Positions 23,609 through 24,000 of a DNA stretch of 24,000 nt are shown here, one piece after another. Each line of letters starts with the position of its first letter. Position 1 is the stretch's first letter. The notes under the pieces were generated by a model. The model did not search any database. It was not told the origin of the DNA and saw only the letters and a list, made by a program, of their open reading frames with translations. The stretch spans positions 40,519 through 64,518 of the forward strand of contig ONEF01000015.1 of the NCBI GenBank assembly GCA_900316795.1. The letters run 5' to 3'. Origin of the DNA: an uncultured Bacteroidales bacterium. GTDB taxonomy: Bacteria; Bacteroidota; Bacteroidia; Bacteroidales; UBA932. A program made the position numbers and the translations under genes.

Positions 23609-24000
23609 CTATTTGAACTTGAAGGTATCCTTTAGGGTAACAGTACGGTTGTAAACCGGCAGTTCTGGAGTGCTGTCAGGGTCCTTGAAGAAGTAGCCTG
23701 TGCGCTCAAACTGGACTGCAATGCCGGAGTTGTCTTCCAGAAGTGCCGGCTCGGCGTATGCCGTGATGATGTCCATTGAATGAGGGTTCAGGAAGTCTTT
23801 GTAGTCTGAACCTTCCGGTATCTGGTCCATGAACTGCTCGGTGAAAAGGCGGTCCACAAGCCTTACTTCCAACTTCTTGGCGTGCTGGATACTTACCCAG
23901 TGGATGGTTCCCTTTACGCTTCTCCACTCGCCGGCTCCAGGTTTGGATGAAGGGTCGTATGTGCAGATGATCTTGGTTATGTTGCCTTCGCCATCCTTTA
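23609..24000 (-). CDS. glnS: Glutamine--tRNA ligase, C-terminal part (the gene continues past the window end)
   Basis: The frame is open to the window edge. My translation KDGEGNITKIICTYDPSSKPGAGEWRSVKGTIHWVSIQHAKKLEVRLVDRLF...AVQFERTGYFFKD...VYNRTVTLKDTFKFK* is typical of the GlnRS anticodon-binding domain. The M in the ORF track is an artefactual internal TTG. Confidence 0.9.
   Translation of the reverse strand, partial: KDGEGNITKIICTYDPSSKPGAGEWRSVKGTIHWVSIQHAKKLEVRLVDRLFTEQFMDQIPEGSDYKDFLNPHSMDIITAYAEPALLEDNSGIAVQFERTGYFFKDPDSTPELPVYNRTVTLKDTFKFK

Noticed and set aside
142-23927. Numerous antisense or out-of-frame ORFs in the track, such as 142-744, 1991-2500, 3403-4083, 4660-5499, 5674-6267, 10314-11186, 12961-13431, 21700-22200 and 22291-22656
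   Set aside because: Each lies entirely within a well-supported gene on the opposite strand or in another frame. They have biased, non-protein-like composition and no family motif, so they are shadow ORFs.

Overview
This looks like a Bacteroidota (probably Bacteroidales) chromosome segment. Start codons are preceded by A-rich leaders without Shine-Dalgarno sequences, several genes have TAnnTTTG -7 promoter boxes, and there are lipoprotein signals ending in SC. All family assignments come from reading the supplied translations for motifs. No database search was run.

Layout:
1. 1-4044, minus strand: a tightly packed housekeeping operon, pdxA-rnhA-gpsA-pgi followed by the start of a cation/proton antiporter. 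recG (4174-6354) is divergent from it.
2. 6427-12267, plus strand: six genes with overlapping or near-abutting junctions. They encode a cytidylate-kinase-like P-loop protein, a RelA/SpoT-type small alarmone synthetase with an unassigned C-terminal domain, an HD-domain small alarmone hydrolase, an APH-like phosphotransferase, a Cache-sensor/PP2C phosphatase/RsbW-like kinase fusion, and a STAS anti-sigma antagonist. No sigma factor is present.
3. hsp20 (minus strand) and an Ig-like lipoprotein gene.
4. About 13.9-21.7 kb: a visibly AT-richer accessory block that reads like a defence island. It holds two unrelated minus-strand genes (an orphan 189-aa protein and a DUF1016/YhcG PDDEXK nuclease). 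Each sits behind a copy of the same roughly 80-105 bp promoter-bearing repeat, and a duplicated 3' fragment of a small Cys-rich gene lies between them. The block also holds a membrane-anchored NERD/Zn-ribbon protein, a Nudix hydrolase whose start overlaps the stop of a 979-aa PLD-nuclease/SF2-helicase/DUF3427 protein (SauUSI-like type IV restriction architecture), a 630-bp non-coding stretch with inverted repeats, and an XRE-type HTH gene.
5. Core genes resume: an AlkZ/YcaQ-family DNA glycosylase with two palindromic operator-like sites over its promoter, a lipoprotein-type peptide deformylase, and the 3' end of glnS.

No rRNA, tRNA, CRISPR array, integrase or transposase was recognised.
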